This document shows, piece by piece, positions 1 through 10,582 of a stretch of 32,000 nucleotides of DNA. The notes under the pieces were generated by a model. It saw nothing but the letters and a program-made list of their open reading frames with translations, was not told the DNA's origin and did not search any database. A program made the translations under genes and the position numbers. The first letter of the stretch is position 1; each line of letters starts with the position of its first letter. Source of the DNA: Candidatus Profftella armatura (GTDB lineage: Bacteria > Pseudomonadota > Gammaproteobacteria > Burkholderiales > Burkholderiaceae); the NCBI RefSeq assembly GCF_000441555.1, contig NC_021885.1, positions 30,001 to 62,000 on the forward strand, written 5' to 3'.

Positions 1-1531
1 TTATTGGGATGAAAAAAGTAAAGGAGTTAAGTTTGATTATAAAGATATTCCTGAATCTTTAAAAGAAGAAGCAAAAAAATGGCGTGAAAATATTTTAGAA
101 GTTGTTTCGGAAACATCTGAAAGTTTAATGGATAAGTATTTAGAAGAAAGTGATTTAAATGAAACTGAAATTAAAATAGCAATTAGAAAACTAACTATTG
201 CTGGCGAAATAATTCCTATGATGTGTGGTACAGCTTTTAAAAATAAAGGTGTTCAAGCAATGTTAGATGGTATAATTGAATATTTACCTTCTCCTGTTGA
301 TATACCACCTATAACAGGATCAAATGTAGATAATGAAATTGTATTTCGACAAGCTAAGGATAAAGAAAAATTTTCTGCATTAGCTTTTAAAATTTCTACA
401 GATCCATTTGTTGGTCAATTATGTTTTATTCGTTGTTATTCTGGAATATTACACTCAGGTGATGTAATATTAAATTCATTAAAAATAAAAAAAGAAAGAG
501 TTGGTCGTATTGTTCAAATGCATGCTAATCAGCGCGAGGAAATTAAAAAAATTTCAGCTGGTGATATTGCCGCTATAGTTGGTTTAAAAAATACAACTAC
601 TGGTGATACACTTTGTGATGAAAAAAATATAATAATATTAGAGCAAATAAGTTTTCCTGAGCCAGTTATTTCTCAAGCAATTGAACCAAAAACTAAAGCT
701 GATCAAGAAAAAATGGGTATGGCATTAAATCGTTTGGCAGCAGAAGATCCATCGTTTCGAGTAAGAATTGATGAAGAATCTTGTCAAACAATTATTGCTG
801 GTATGGGTGAATTACATTTAGATATTATTGTTGACCGTATAAAACGTGAATTTGGTGTAGAAGCAACTGTTGGAAAACCTCAGGTGGCATATAGAGAAAC
901 AATTCGAAGAACATGCAAAGAAGTTGAAGGAAAATTTATTAAACAATCTGGTGGTAGGGGTCAATATGGTCATGTTGTTTTAAAAATTGAACCACAAATT
1001 CCTGGAAAAGGTTTTGAGTTTATTGATGCTATAAAGAGCGGGGTTGTTCCTCGTGAATTTATCCCTGCTGTAGAGAAGGGTATACGGGACTCATTAAATT
1101 CTGGTGTGTTAGCTGGTTACCCAGTAGTTGATGTAAAAGTAACTTTATTTTACGGTTCTTATCATGATGTTGATTCAAATGAAAATGCATTTCGAATTGC
1201 AGGATCTATGGCATTTAAAGATGGTTGTCGTAGATCTGATCCAACTATTCTTGAGCCAATAATGGCTGTGGATGTTGAAACTCCAGAAGATTATGCTGGA
1301 GCAGTAATGGGAGATTTAGCCTCTCGAAGGGGGATGATACAAGGAATGAATGAAATTTCAGGAGGAGGTGGAAAAATAATAAAAGCAGAGGTACCGTTAT
1401 CCAAAATGTTTGGTTATTCTACATCTTTACGGTCAATTACTCAGGGAAGAGCTACTTACACAATGGAATTTAAGCATTATTCAGAAATACCAAAAAATTT
1501 AATTGATACAATTATTAATAATAAAATTTAA
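1..1531 (+). CDS. fusA: Elongation factor G, 3' portion (5' end lies upstream of the window)
   Basis: Frame +2 is open from the window edge ([33 protein letters not shown]...) and is continuous with tracked ORF 128..1531. EF-G signatures present: [48 protein letters not shown] stop at 1529-1531. Confidence 0.97.
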   Translation, partial: YWDEKSKGVKFDYKDIPESLKEEAKKWRENILEVVSETSESLMDKYLEESDLNETEIKIAIRKLTIAGEIIPMMCGTAFKNKGVQAMLDGIIEYLPSPVDIPPITGSNVDNEIVFRQAKDKEKFSALAFKISTDPFVGQLCFIRCYSGILHSGDVILNSLKIKKERVGRIVQMHANQREEIKKISAGDIAAIVGLKNTTTGDTLCDEKNIIILEQISFPEPVISQAIEPKTKADQEKMGMALNRLAAEDPSFRVRIDEESCQTIIAGMGELHLDIIVDRIKREFGVEATVGKPQVAYRETIRRTCKEVEGKFIKQSGGRGQYGHVVLKIEPQIPGKGFEFIDAIKSGVVPREFIPAVEKGIRDSLNSGVLAGYPVVDVKVTLFYGSYHDVDSNENAFRIAGSMAFKDGCRRSDPTILEPIMAVDVETPEDYAGAVMGDLASRRGMIQGMNEISGGGGKIIKAEVPLSKMFGYSTSLRSITQGRATYTMEFKHYSEIPKNLIDTIINNKI

Positions 1532-1565
1532 ATTTTTTATAACGGTTCGTCTTTTAAGGAAAAGC

Positions 1566-1883
1566 ATGTCAATTATAAATCAAAAAATTCGTATTCGTTT
1601 AAAGGCGTTTGATTACCGTTTAATTGATAAATCAACATTAGAAATTGTTGAAACAGCTAGAAAATCAGGTTCGGTAGTGCGTGGGCCTATTCCTTTACCT
1701 ACTCGTATTCAACGTTTTGATGTATTACGTTCACCTCATGTTAATAAAACGGCACGTGATCAATTTGAAATGCGTACTCATCGAAGATTAATGGATATTG
1801 TAAATCCAACAGATAAAACTGTGGATGCATTAATTAAATTAGATTTATCCGCTGGTGTAGATGTAGAAATTAAATTATATTAG
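1566..1883 (+). CDS. rpsJ: 30S ribosomal protein S10
   Basis: Tracked ORF 1503..1883 trimmed to the internal ATG at 1566, which is preceded by AAGGA. Product [23 protein letters not shown]...RGPIPLPT...[17 protein letters not shown] is a typical 105-aa S10. Confidence 0.96.
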   Translation: MSIINQKIRIRLKAFDYRLIDKSTLEIVETARKSGSVVRGPIPLPTRIQRFDVLRSPHVNKTARDQFEMRTHRRLMDIVNPTDKTVDALIKLDLSAGVDVEIKLY

Positions 1884-1959
1884 ATAAATTGGATTTAAAG
1901 AATTATTTATTAATTATAAATTTTATATTTTTAAAATTTGTATTAATCTTATTATTAAG

Positions 1960-1983
1960 TTAAAATTTAGCGCTAAATTTTAA
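1960..1983. repeat. Perfect 24-bp palindrome TTAAAATTTAGC|GCTAAATTTTAA in the rpsJ-rplC spacer
   Basis: Read directly. The left arm 1960-1971 is the exact reverse complement of the right arm 1972-1983. The centre AGCGCT is the only G/C cluster in a 165-nt AT spacer. Confidence 0.85.
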
Positions 1984-2048
1984 AAATTTAAAAAAAATTT
2001 ATATAAAAGTGTAGAAAAATATACCAAAATTGATGTGGAGATTAGAAT

Positions 2049-2705
2049 ATGAGTCAGGGTTTATTAGGTCGTAAGGTTGGTATGACGCGTATCTTTACAA
2101 AAAATGGTGAGTCTATTCCTATAACTGTTTTAGACGTATCTAAAAATTATATTATTCAGATTAAAATACCCGAAATAGATGGTTATAGCGCTATTCAAGT
2201 TTCATGCGGTCAAATTCGTCCATCTAAAATAAATAAAGCTATAGCTGGGCATTATGCTAAATCTAATGTTTTATCTGGTTCTTTTTTAAAAGAATTTTTA
2301 ATTGATTCTAAGGAAGTTTCTAAAATAAAAATTGGTGATTTGGTTTCTATTAATTTATTTGATGTAGGTCAAAAAGTAGATGTTCGTGGTATTTCAATAG
2401 GTAAAGGTTATTCTGGTGTTATTAAACGTTATGGATTTTCTTCTGGTCGCGCATCAAGAGGAAATTCTTGTGCTCATAATGTCCCTGGTTCAATCGGAAT
2501 GTCACAAGATCCTGGTCGTGTTTTTCCTGGAAAACGTATGTCTGGTCATTTAGGTAATACTTTAAAAACTATTCAAAATCTTAAAATTATAAAAATTGAT
2601 TATGAGCGTCAACTTTTATTTATTAAAGGATCTGTTCCTGGCGCAAGAAATGGAAAAATAATTGTAACACATGCAATTAAAAATAAAGTTAATAAGGTTA
2701 TATAG
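2049..2705 (+). CDS. rplC: 50S ribosomal protein L3
   Basis: [17 protein letters not shown]...[29 protein letters not shown] Shine-Dalgarno sequence upstream. Position in the S10 cluster fits. Confidence 0.97.
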   Translation: MSQGLLGRKVGMTRIFTKNGESIPITVLDVSKNYIIQIKIPEIDGYSAIQVSCGQIRPSKINKAIAGHYAKSNVLSGSFLKEFLIDSKEVSKIKIGDLVSINLFDVGQKVDVRGISIGKGYSGVIKRYGFSSGRASRGNSCAHNVPGSIGMSQDPGRVFPGKRMSGHLGNTLKTIQNLKIIKIDYERQLLFIKGSVPGARNGKIIVTHAIKNKVNKVI

Positions 2706-2707
2706 TT

Positions 2708-3328
2708 ATGGATATAAAGTTTTTGAATGCACAAGGTAAAATTTCTTCAAATATTGAAGTAAAAGATACTATTTTTAATAGTGTTTATAATCAAGCATTA
2801 ATTCATCAAATTATAGTTTCATACCGTGCGAATATGCGCAAGGGAAATAGAAAACAAAAAGATAGGAAAGAAGTGCATCATACTACAAAAAAACCGTGGC
2901 GTCAAAAAGGAACAGGACGTGCTCGTGCTGGGATGTCATCTTCTCCATTATGGAAAGGAGGTGGACGTTGTTTTCCAAATCTTCCTAATGAAAATTTTTC
3001 ACATAAAATTAATAAAAAAATGTATAGAATTGCTATTTGTTCTATATTATCTCAATTAGTTAGAGAAAATCGTTTATTAATTATTGAAAATTTTTCGATA
3101 GATTCTCCAAAAACTAAATTATTAGCTAATAAATTAATAGATATGGGTTTAAATTCAGTTTTAATTATTGTTGATGAATTTAAAGAAAATTTATTACTTT
3201 CTTCTAGAAATTTATCAAATGTATTATTTATTGAACCGCGATATATTAATCCAATATCACTTATATTTTATAAAAAAGTTTTAATTATTAAAAATGCATT
3301 AAAGAAAGTTGAGAGATTATTAATATGA
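2708..3328 (+). CDS. rplD: 50S ribosomal protein L4
   Basis: [29 protein letters not shown] motif. Correct position. TGA stop overlaps the rplW start (ATGA). Confidence 0.96.
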   Translation: MDIKFLNAQGKISSNIEVKDTIFNSVYNQALIHQIIVSYRANMRKGNRKQKDRKEVHHTTKKPWRQKGTGRARAGMSSSPLWKGGGRCFPNLPNENFSHKINKKMYRIAICSILSQLVRENRLLIIENFSIDSPKTKLLANKLIDMGLNSVLIIVDEFKENLLLSSRNLSNVLFIEPRYINPISLIFYKKVLIIKNALKKVERLLI

Positions 3329-3660
3329 GTATTAATATTAAACATAATAAGGAACGTTTGATGAAAATATTATTATTTCCAATAATTTCCGAAAAAGCAA
3401 CTTTTGTTTATAAAAAGAATAAACAAGTTATTTTTTGTGTAATACGAGATGCTACTAAATTAGAAATTAAGGCTGCTATAAAACTTTTTTTTAATATAAA
3501 AGTTAAATCAGTTCAAGTAGTAAATCGTTTAGGAAAACAAAAACGTTCTGGTAAAAGTGTGGGACGTCGTAAACATATGCGACATGCTTTTATATGTTTA
3601 TATCCAGATCAAGAAATAGATTTTATAAAAAAAGGAGAAATTATAAATGACTCTTATTAG
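3325..3660 (+). CDS. rplW: 50S ribosomal protein L23
   Basis: [19 protein letters not shown]... is an L23 N-terminal signature. Position between rplD and rplB. Confidence 0.93.
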   Translation: MSINIKHNKERLMKILLFPIISEKATFVYKKNKQVIFCVIRDATKLEIKAAIKLFFNIKVKSVQVVNRLGKQKRSGKSVGRRKHMRHAFICLYPDQEIDFIKKGEIINDSY

Positions 3661-4474
3661 AGTTAAACCAACTTCTCCTGGTCGCCGAGGAATGGTTAAG
3701 GTTATTAATAAAAATTTATATAAAGGTCGACCATTTCGACCGTTAATTGAAAAAAAATCAAAAACTGCTGGTCGTAATAATTATGGTCGTATTACTACTC
3801 GTCATATTGGAGGGGGTCATAAACAAAATTATCGTATAATTGATTTTAAACGAAAAAAAGATAATATCCTAGCAAAAGTTGAACGTATTGAGTATGACCC
3901 TAATCGTAGTGCAAATATAGCACTTTTATGTTATATTGATGGTGATCGTCGTTATATTCTTGCCACAAAAAATATGACTATAGGTAATTATATCATGAAT
4001 GGTTCTGATGCCCCTATAAAATCTGGTAATTGTTTGCCGATTAGAAATATTCCAATTGGTACTGTAATTAATTGTATAGAAATGTTACCTGGAAAAGGTG
4101 CTCAAATAGCTCGTTCTGCTGGTGCTAGCGCTATTCTAATATCTCGTGAGGGAGTATATTCTCAAATACGTTTATGTTCTGGTGAAGTTAGGCGTATACA
4201 TATTGAATGTCGAGCTACTATAGGAGAAATAGGAAATATCGAACATAATTTATGTAAAATTGGTAAAGCTGGTGCGATGCGTTGGCGTGGTATACGTCCT
4301 ACTGTACGAGGAGTGGCTATGAATCCAATAGATCATCCTCATGGAGGTGGTGAGGGAAAAACTTCTTCTGGTCGTCATCCTGTTTCCCCTTGGGGTACAC
4401 CAACTAAAGGAAAAAAAACGCGTAATAACAAGCGTACAGATTCTATGATAGTTTCTTATCGAAAAAATAAATAA
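3647..4474 (+). CDS. rplB: 50S ribosomal protein L2
   Basis: [42 protein letters not shown]. Overlaps the rplW end by 14 nt. Confidence 0.98.
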   Translation: MTLIRVKPTSPGRRGMVKVINKNLYKGRPFRPLIEKKSKTAGRNNYGRITTRHIGGGHKQNYRIIDFKRKKDNILAKVERIEYDPNRSANIALLCYIDGDRRYILATKNMTIGNYIMNGSDAPIKSGNCLPIRNIPIGTVINCIEMLPGKGAQIARSAGASAILISREGVYSQIRLCSGEVRRIHIECRATIGEIGNIEHNLCKIGKAGAMRWRGIRPTVRGVAMNPIDHPHGGGEGKTSSGRHPVSPWGTPTKGKKTRNNKRTDSMIVSYRKNK

Positions 4475-4484
4475 GGATTAGAAA

Positions 4485-4760
4485 ATGGCACGTTCATTAA
4501 AAAAAGGTCCTTTTTGTGATGTTCATTTAATAAAAAAAGTTGAAAAAGCACAAAATGCAAAAGATAAAAAACCAATTAAAACTTGGTCTCGTCGTTCAAC
4601 AATTATGCCTGATTTTATTGGTTTAACTATTTCTGTTCATAACGGAAAAGAGCATATACCTATATATATATCTGAAAATATGGTTGGTCATAAACTTGGT
4701 GAATTTGCATTAACTCGTACATTTAAATGCCATTCTGGCGATAAAAAGGCTAAGAAATAA
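4485..4760 (+). CDS. rpsS: 30S ribosomal protein S19
   Basis: [15 protein letters not shown]...[48 protein letters not shown]. Confidence 0.98.
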   Translation: MARSLKKGPFCDVHLIKKVEKAQNAKDKKPIKTWSRRSTIMPDFIGLTISVHNGKEHIPIYISENMVGHKLGEFALTRTFKCHSGDKKAKK

Positions 4761-4773
4761 AAGGTTTAATTTA

Positions 4774-5106
4774 ATGGAAACTAAAGCTATTTTACGTAAT
4801 ATACATCTTTCTACACAAAAAAGTCGTTTAGTTGCTAATTTAATTCGAGGGAAAAGTGTTGAAAAAGCTATTAATATTTTATCCTTTAACCGTAAAAAAT
4901 GTGCAATTATTATTAAAAAAGTATTAGAATCTGCAATTGCTAATGCAGAACATAATAATGGAGAAGATATAGATACCTTAAAAGTTAAAGCTATTTATAT
5001 TGAAAAAGCTTCAATTGTTAAGCGTTTTTTTGCGCGTGCTAAAGGTAGAGGTAATCATATTTCAAAAAAATTTTGTCATATTTATGTAATTGTAAGTAGT
5101 AATTAA
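4774..5106 (+). CDS. rplV: 50S ribosomal protein L22
   Basis: [25 protein letters not shown]...SAIANAEHN...[16 protein letters not shown]. Confidence 0.96.
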   Translation: METKAILRNIHLSTQKSRLVANLIRGKSVEKAINILSFNRKKCAIIIKKVLESAIANAEHNNGEDIDTLKVKAIYIEKASIVKRFFARAKGRGNHISKKFCHIYVIVSSN

Positions 5107-5117
5107 GGAGTTATAAA

Positions 5118-5885
5118 ATGGGACAAAAAATTCATCCAGTTGGATTTCGTCTTCCGATTAATTTAGATTGGAAATCACGTTGGTATGCTGATAAAAGTGA
5201 TTTTTCTGTTATGCTGAATCAGGATTTGAGAGTTCGTGCATATCTTAAAGAAAAATTAAAAAATGCATCAATCAGTCGTGTTGTAATTGAGCGACCATCT
5301 AGAAATGCTCGTATTACTATTTATAGTTCACGACCAGGGGTTGTGATTGGTAAAAAAGGTGAAGATATTGAAGTGTTGAGGTCTGTTTTATCTAAAATTA
5401 TGAATGTACCTGTTCATATTAATATTGAAGAAATTAATAGACCAGAATCAGACGCTAAACTTATTTCTGATTCAATTGCACAACAATTAGAAAAGCGTAT
5501 TGTATTTCGAAGGGTAATGAAACGTGTAATACAAAATTCAGCTCGATTAAGTTTAAAGGGAATAAAAATAATGATTTCTGGTCGTTTAAATGGTGTTGAG
5601 ATTGCTAGAAAAGAATGGTATAAAGAAGGTAGAATACCTTTGCATACTTTACGTGCAGATATTGATTATGGTTTTAGTGAAGCTCATACAACCTATGGAA
5701 TTATTGGTATAAAAGTTTGGATTTATAAAGGGGAAATACGTCCTATGAAAAGTATAAATTCTGTACAAACAAAAACCGTAAATCATGATAAAAAACGTCG
5801 TCCTCAATATCGAATTAATCAAAATATAGATTTTCATTCAAAAAATATTCATTCTAAGTCACAACAAAAGGTTTTAGAAAAATAA
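5118..5885 (+). CDS. rpsC: 30S ribosomal protein S3 (with C-terminal extension, 255 aa)
   Basis: [12 protein letters not shown]...[14 protein letters not shown]...[37 protein letters not shown] Shine-Dalgarno sequence upstream. Confidence 0.97.
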   Translation: MGQKIHPVGFRLPINLDWKSRWYADKSDFSVMLNQDLRVRAYLKEKLKNASISRVVIERPSRNARITIYSSRPGVVIGKKGEDIEVLRSVLSKIMNVPVHINIEEINRPESDAKLISDSIAQQLEKRIVFRRVMKRVIQNSARLSLKGIKIMISGRLNGVEIARKEWYKEGRIPLHTLRADIDYGFSEAHTTYGIIGIKVWIYKGEIRPMKSINSVQTKTVNHDKKRRPQYRINQNIDFHSKNIHSKSQQKVLEK

Positions 5886-5886
5886 T

Positions 5887-6306
5887 ATGTTACAACCAGC
5901 TCGTAGAAAATATCGTAAAGAACAAAAAGGACGTAATACTGGTATTTCACATTTTCGTGGTACTTCTGTTTCTTTTGGTAAATTTGGATTAAAAGCAATT
6001 GTTCGTGGGCGAATTACATCGCAACAAATTGAATCAGCTAGAAGAGCAATGACTCGTCATATTAAACGAGGAGGTCGGGTTTGGATTAGAATTTTTCCGG
6101 ATAAACCAATTTCTAATAAACCGGCAGAAGTTAGAATGGGAAATGGTAAAGGAAATCCAGAATATTATGTTACAGAAATACAACCAGGAAAAGTTCTTTA
6201 TGAGATGGATGGAGTAACCGAAGAATTAGCAAGAGAAGCGTTTCGTTTGGCTTCCGCTAAACTTCCACTTTTAACTATTTTTGTTATTAGACAAGTTGGG
6301 CAATAA
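5887..6306 (+). CDS. rplP: 50S ribosomal protein L16
   Basis: [19 protein letters not shown]...[13 protein letters not shown]. Confidence 0.97.
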   Translation: MLQPARRKYRKEQKGRNTGISHFRGTSVSFGKFGLKAIVRGRITSQQIESARRAMTRHIKRGGRVWIRIFPDKPISNKPAEVRMGNGKGNPEYYVTEIQPGKVLYEMDGVTEELAREAFRLASAKLPLLTIFVIRQVGQ

Positions 6307-6332
6307 TTATAAAAAATAAAAAAAATAAAAAA

Positions 6333-6521
6333 ATGAAAATATACGAATTATTAAAAAAAGATAAAAAAGATTTAAATAAAGAATTAATTGAATTATTAAA
6401 AATACAATTTAGTTTACGTATACAAATAAAAACTCAAAAATTACATAATATTTCTCAAATAAAAAAAATACGTCGTAATATTGCGCGCATTAAAACTATT
6501 TTAAATATTAGGAATGTTTAA
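6333..6521 (+). CDS. rpmC: 50S ribosomal protein L29
   Basis: 62 aa. [31 protein letters not shown]...[12 protein letters not shown] parallels the L29 pattern. Position between rplP and rpsQ. Confidence 0.9.
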   Translation: MKIYELLKKDKKDLNKELIELLKIQFSLRIQIKTQKLHNISQIKKIRRNIARIKTILNIRNV

Positions 6522-6779
6522 ATGAGCACTTTAATAAAAAAAAAATTAAAAAGATCTTTAATTGGTAAAGTTATATCTGATAAAATGGATAACACCGTAA
6601 CTGTACTTATAGAACGTCGTGTTAAACATCCTTTATATGGTAAAATTATTACACGAACTAGTAAATATCATGTGCATAATAAAAATAATTTTGCTAAACT
6701 TGGAGATATTGTTGAAATTAAAGAGGTTAGACCAATTTCAAAAACAAAATCTTGGAATATAAAAAATATATTAACTTAA
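6522..6779 (+). CDS. rpsQ: 30S ribosomal protein S17
   Basis: [41 protein letters not shown]...[18 protein letters not shown]. Confidence 0.96.
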   Translation: MSTLIKKKLKRSLIGKVISDKMDNTVTVLIERRVKHPLYGKIITRTSKYHVHNKNNFAKLGDIVEIKEVRPISKTKSWNIKNILT

Positions 6780-6914
6780 TTACAAAAAATTTTGTATTAT
6801 AATTTTTATAGATTTTTTAAATTTTTTTAAAAAATTAAGGTATAATTTTTTAAAAATATTTTTTTATATTATTTTTTAATTTATATTATTTTTAAAAATT
6901 TCGAAAACTAAAAT
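6780..6914 (+). promoter_or_regulatory. AT-only spacer at the S10/spc boundary; possible internal promoter region for rplN onward
   Basis: 135 nt non-coding. It sits where E. coli places the spc promoter. TATAAT hexamers occur at 6798-6803 and 6841-6846, but no convincing -35 partner is visible and the background is extremely AT-rich. Confidence 0.25.
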
Positions 6915-7283
6915 ATGATTCAAACAGAAAGTCGACTTGAAGTTGCTGATAATACCGGTGCTCGTGAAGTTTTATGTATTAAAGTATTGGGGGGATCTAA
7001 ACGTCGCTATGCTTCCATTGGAGATGTAATTAAAGTAACTATAAAAAATGCTATTCCCAGAGGACGAGTAAAAAAGGGAGAAATTTATAATGCAATTGTA
7101 GTGCGCACAAAAAAAGGTGTTCGCCGTCAAGACGGTTCTTTAATAAAATTTGATAAAAATGCTGCTGTTTTATTAAATTCAAAATTTGAACCTATAGGAA
7201 CTCGTATATTTGGTCCGGTTACAAGAGAATTACGAACAGAACGATTTATGAAGATTATTTCTCTTGCTCCAGAAGTTTTATAA
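6915..7283 (+). CDS. rplN: 50S ribosomal protein L14
   Basis: [41 protein letters not shown]... Confidence 0.98.
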   Translation: MIQTESRLEVADNTGAREVLCIKVLGGSKRRYASIGDVIKVTIKNAIPRGRVKKGEIYNAIVVRTKKGVRRQDGSLIKFDKNAAVLLNSKFEPIGTRIFGPVTRELRTERFMKIISLAPEVL

Positions 7284-7302
7284 ATTTTTAGAAAATAAAA
7301 AA

Positions 7303-7632
7303 ATGAAAAAAATTCGAATAAATGATGAAGTAGTGATTTTAACTGGAAAGGATAAAAAAAAAAGAGGTATTGTTAAAAAAATTATTGATATAAATTATGT
7401 TATTGTGGATAAAATTAATGTTTTTAAAAAAACAATTAAACCAAATCCATCATTAAATAAAGTAGGTAATATTATTGAAAAAATAATGCCAATTCATGTA
7501 TCAAATATTGCTTTATTTAATCCTAAATTAGGGAAAGCGGATCGAGTAATTTTTAAGAATATAAATGGAAAAAAAATAAGAGTTTTTAAAACTAATAATG
7601 AAATTGTTAACAGTAAATCTATTAAAATTTAA
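7303..7632 (+). CDS. rplX: 50S ribosomal protein L24
   Basis: Tracked ORF 7264..7632 trimmed to ATG 7303. MKKIRINDEVVILTGKDKKKRGIV matches the canonical L24 N-terminus. The longer form would overlap rplN. Confidence 0.93.
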   Translation: MKKIRINDEVVILTGKDKKKRGIVKKIIDINYVIVDKINVFKKTIKPNPSLNKVGNIIEKIMPIHVSNIALFNPKLGKADRVIFKNINGKKIRVFKTNNEIVNSKSIKI

Positions 7633-7638
7633 AAAAAT

Positions 7639-8178
7639 ATGATTCGCTTACAAGAGTTTTATAAAAAAAATGTTATACCTTATTTAATAAATAAGTATTC
7701 TTATTCTTCTAAAATGCAAGTTCCCCGTATCTTAAAAATTACCTTAAATATGGGTCTTTCAGAAGCTGTTTCTAATAAAAAAGTTATTGAAAATGCTATT
7801 TCTGATTTAACTAAAATTTCAGGACAAAAGCCAATTATTACTAAAGCACGTAAATCAATATCTTCCTTTAAAATTCGAGAAAATTATCCAATTGGTTGTA
7901 TGGTAACGTTACGAAGAGCGAGAATGTATGAATTTTTAGATCGTTTAATTACTATTGCATTACCTCGTGTTCGTGATTTTCGTGGTGTATCTGGAAAAAT
8001 TTTTGATGGAAGAGGAAATTGTAATATTGGTATAAAAGAACAAATTATTTTTCCAGAAATTGAATATGATAAAATTGATATGTTAAGAGGTATGAATATT
8101 AGCATTTCTACGACCTCAAAAACTGATCAAGAAGCAAAATCACTTCTTTCTGCGTTTAAATTTCCATTCAGAAATTAA
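7639..8178 (+). CDS. rplE: 50S ribosomal protein L5
   Basis: [18 protein letters not shown]...[15 protein letters not shown]...[11 protein letters not shown]...[16 protein letters not shown]. Confidence 0.97.
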   Translation: MIRLQEFYKKNVIPYLINKYSYSSKMQVPRILKITLNMGLSEAVSNKKVIENAISDLTKISGQKPIITKARKSISSFKIRENYPIGCMVTLRRARMYEFLDRLITIALPRVRDFRGVSGKIFDGRGNCNIGIKEQIIFPEIEYDKIDMLRGMNISISTTSKTDQEAKSLLSAFKFPFRN

Positions 8179-8190
8179 TAGAATAAAATT

Positions 8191-8496
8191 ATGTCAAAAT
8201 TATCATTAGTAAATCGCGAACTTAAACGTAAAGTTTTAGTTAAAAAATATTTAAATAAAAGAATTAAATTAAAAAAAATTATTGAAAATCCATTAAAATC
8301 AGAAGAAGAACGTTATAAAGCACGATTAGTATTACAATCTCTTCCAAGGAATTCTAATCCTACTCGTCAACGTAATCGTTGTGTTTTAACAGGTCGTCCT
8401 AGAGGAAATTTTCGTAAATTTAATTTGAGTCGTATAAAATTAAGAGAAATTGCTATGCAAGGTGATATTCCTGGAATAATTAGAGCTAGTTGGTAA
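8191..8496 (+). CDS. rpsN: 30S ribosomal protein S14 (long, non-zinc form)
   Basis: 101 aa. ...[51 protein letters not shown]. Confidence 0.97.
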   Translation: MSKLSLVNRELKRKVLVKKYLNKRIKLKKIIENPLKSEEERYKARLVLQSLPRNSNPTRQRNRCVLTGRPRGNFRKFNLSRIKLREIAMQGDIPGIIRASW

Positions 8497-8518
8497 TAAT
8501 AAGGAGATAATAAGGAGA
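8497..8518 (+). repeat. Perfect 11-bp tandem duplication TAATAAGGAGA x2 (duplicated Shine-Dalgarno ahead of rpsH)
   Basis: Read directly: 8497-8507 equals 8508-8518. It starts immediately after the rpsN stop. The second AAGGAG lies 6 nt before ATG 8524. Confidence 0.9.
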
Positions 8519-8523
8519 AAATA

Positions 8524-8922
8524 ATGAGCATGAGTGATCCTATTGCTGATATGTTAACTTATATTCGTAATGGACAAATTGTAAATAAAAAAAAAATAAT
8601 AATGCCATCATCTAAAATAAAAATAGCAATTGCTAAAGTTCTTAAAGATGAGGGATATATTAGGGATTTTTTTATAATAAAATGTTTTAAAAATAAGTTT
8701 GAATTAAAAATATTATTAAAATATTATATGAATCGTCCTGTTATTGAGTGTTTAAAACGAGTTTCTCGCCCAGGATTACGTATTTATAAAAATAAAGATA
8801 ATATTCCTAAAATAATGAATGGTTTAGGTTTGGTTATTATATCAACTGCATCTGGTATTATCACTGATCGAAAAGCTAGATCTATGGGTATTGGTGGTGA
8901 AATTATTTGTTATGTTTCTTAA
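8524..8922 (+). CDS. rpsH: 30S ribosomal protein S8
   Basis: [18 protein letters not shown]...GYIRDF...[10 protein letters not shown]...[33 protein letters not shown] 8530 is an alternative start. Confidence 0.96.
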   Translation: MSMSDPIADMLTYIRNGQIVNKKKIIMPSSKIKIAIAKVLKDEGYIRDFFIIKCFKNKFELKILLKYYMNRPVIECLKRVSRPGLRIYKNKDNIPKIMNGLGLVIISTASGIITDRKARSMGIGGEIICYVS

Positions 8923-8933
8923 GGAATAATAAA

Positions 8934-9467
8934 ATGTCTCGTATAGGTAAAATGCCTATTTTTATACCTCCTAATGTAGAAGTAACACTAAATTCTAATA
9001 AAATTACATTAAAAGGACCATTAGGTATATTAAAGCAAAATAAAAATAATTTAGTAAATATTAAAAACGATTCTAATGTTCTTTATTTTACTGCAATTAA
9101 TAATAGTCGTATAGCAAAATCAATGTCTGGCACAATGCGATCTATAATTAATAATATGATTATTGGAGTAACAAAAGGTTTTGAAAAGAAACTACAATTA
9201 ATTGGTGTTGGTTTTCGAGCAAAAATTGAAAAAAATTATTTAAATTTAATTCTTGGTTTTTCTCATCCTATTTTATATAAAATACCATTTGATATTATTT
9301 GCGAAACGCCAAGTCAAACAGAAATTTTAATAAAAGGAATTAATAAACAGGCTGTTGGACATGTGGCCGCAGAAATACGTAGATATTATAAACCGGAACC
9401 TTATAAGGGTAAGGGTGTTCGTTATTTAAATGAAATAGTTATTTTGAAGGAAACCAAGAAAAAATAA
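8934..9467 (+). CDS. rplF: 50S ribosomal protein L6
   Basis: Tracked ORF 8907..9467 trimmed to ATG 8934. MSRIGKMPIFIPPNVEVTLNSNKITLKGPLG is the canonical L6 start. ...GVGFRA...LGFSHP...PEPYKGKGVRY. Confidence 0.95.
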   Translation: MSRIGKMPIFIPPNVEVTLNSNKITLKGPLGILKQNKNNLVNIKNDSNVLYFTAINNSRIAKSMSGTMRSIINNMIIGVTKGFEKKLQLIGVGFRAKIEKNYLNLILGFSHPILYKIPFDIICETPSQTEILIKGINKQAVGHVAAEIRRYYKPEPYKGKGVRYLNEIVILKETKKK

Positions 9468-9494
9468 TAAAATAATAATTATAAATTATATATA

Positions 9495-9857
9495 ATGAAT
9501 AAAATAAAATCACGGTTAAGACGCGCCAGAAAAGTAAGAATAAAAATTTCTGAATTAGGAATTAATCGTCTTATGGTGCATCGTACTAATTTACATATAT
9601 ATGCTAATATTATAAGCTCGAATGCAAAGATTTTAATTTCAGCTTCTACATTAGAAAAAGAAGTTCGTTTAACATTAAATACCAAACTTGGTAAAGGAGG
9701 CAATACTTTTGCTGCTTCTATAATAGGTCAACGTATTGCTAAAAAGGCATTAAAAATAGGAATTACAAAAGTTGCATTTGATCGTTCTGGTTTTCGTTAT
9801 CATGGTCGAATTAAATTTTTAGCAGATGCTGCTAGAAAAAATGGATTAAATTTCTAA
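9495..9857 (+). CDS. rplR: 50S ribosomal protein L18
   Basis: [34 protein letters not shown]...[28 protein letters not shown]. Confidence 0.96.
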   Translation: MNKIKSRLRRARKVRIKISELGINRLMVHRTNLHIYANIISSNAKILISASTLEKEVRLTLNTKLGKGGNTFAASIIGQRIAKKALKIGITKVAFDRSGFRYHGRIKFLADAARKNGLNF

Positions 9858-9867
9858 AGAGGAATTT

Positions 9868-10386
9868 ATGGTAAAAATACAATCAAGAATTCAAAATGAA
9901 AAGCCGGATGATGGGATACGAGAAAAAATGATTACAGTTAATCGTGTTACAAAAGTTGTAAAGGGTGGTCGTATTATGAGTTTTTCGGCATTAGTGGTTG
10001 TTGGAGATGGTCATGGTAGAGTTGGTATGGGTAAGGGTAAATCAAAAGAAGTTCCTTCTGCTGTACAAAAAGCTGTTAATAAGGCTCGAAGAAATATGAT
10101 TAAGGTAATACTTAAAAATAATACATTACAACATACGATATTGGGTAAACATGGAGCATCATTAGTTTTAATAACTCCAGCTAAAGAAGGAACAGGAATA
10201 ATAGCAGGAGGATCAGTTCGAGCTGTTTTTGATGTTATGGGAGTTCGTAATGTTGTTGCAAAATCTCATGGATCAACAAATGCATATAATATGGTTCGTG
10301 CTACATTAAATGGTTTATTAAAAATTAATACGCCATCTGAAATCGCAAAAAAACGTAATAAATCTATTAAAGAAATTTTTAATTAA
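9868..10386 (+). CDS. rpsE: 30S ribosomal protein S5
   Basis: [46 protein letters not shown]...[13 protein letters not shown]. Confidence 0.97.
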   Translation: MVKIQSRIQNEKPDDGIREKMITVNRVTKVVKGGRIMSFSALVVVGDGHGRVGMGKGKSKEVPSAVQKAVNKARRNMIKVILKNNTLQHTILGKHGASLVLITPAKEGTGIIAGGSVRAVFDVMGVRNVVAKSHGSTNAYNMVRATLNGLLKINTPSEIAKKRNKSIKEIFN

Positions 10387-10388
10387 TA

Positions 10389-10568
10389 ATGAAAAAAATA
10401 CTAAAAATACAACTTATTAAAAGTTTAATTGGAAAAAAAAATACACATCGTGCAATTATTCGCGGTCTGGGTTTAAAGCGAATTAATTCTGTGCGAGTAT
10501 TAAATGATACTTCTTCAGTTCGTGGTATGATTAATAAAGTATCATATTTTGTGAAAATACTTTCATAA
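10389..10568 (+). CDS. rpmD: 50S ribosomal protein L30 (59 aa; absent from the ORF track, found by manual translation)
   Basis: ATG 10389 to TAA 10566-10568 translates to [59 protein letters not shown]. This fits the L30 pattern (..T..KS.IG......TL.GLGL.R.......D.P..RGMI.KV..LV) and the position between rpsE and rplO. Confidence 0.9.
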   Translation: MKKILKIQLIKSLIGKKNTHRAIIRGLGLKRINSVRVLNDTSSVRGMINKVSYFVKILS

Positions 10569-10582
10569 TATATTATTAAAAT

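Noticed and set aside
1503-1565. N-terminal extensions offered by the ORF track for rpsJ (1503), rplX (7264), rplF (8907) and ffh (TTG 20851)
   Set aside because: Each extension overlaps the preceding gene or spacer, adds residues absent from the conserved family N-terminus, and lacks a Shine-Dalgarno sequence. The internal ATGs (1566, 7303, 8934, 20860) reproduce the canonical protein starts.
2826-3059. 77-aa ORF on the + strand nested out of frame inside rplD
   Set aside because: It lies entirely within the well-supported L4 coding sequence. The product is low-complexity with no recognisable motif and no ribosome-binding site, as expected by chance in AT-rich DNA.
3326-3328. Possibility of UGA=Trp recoding, as seen in some tiny betaproteobacterial symbionts
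   Set aside because: TGA functions as the rplD stop in an ATGA overlap with rplW. All conserved proteins are full length under the standard code, and Trp positions use TGG.
5649-5837. 62-aa antisense ORF inside rpsC
   Set aside because: It is antisense to a conserved ribosomal gene, with Ile/Phe/Asn/Tyr-rich composition typical of the reverse frame of AT-rich CDSs. The same reasoning applies to the antisense ORFs at 7884..8105 (in rplE), 9479..9703 (over the rplR start) and 16398..16637 (in the PfkB gene).
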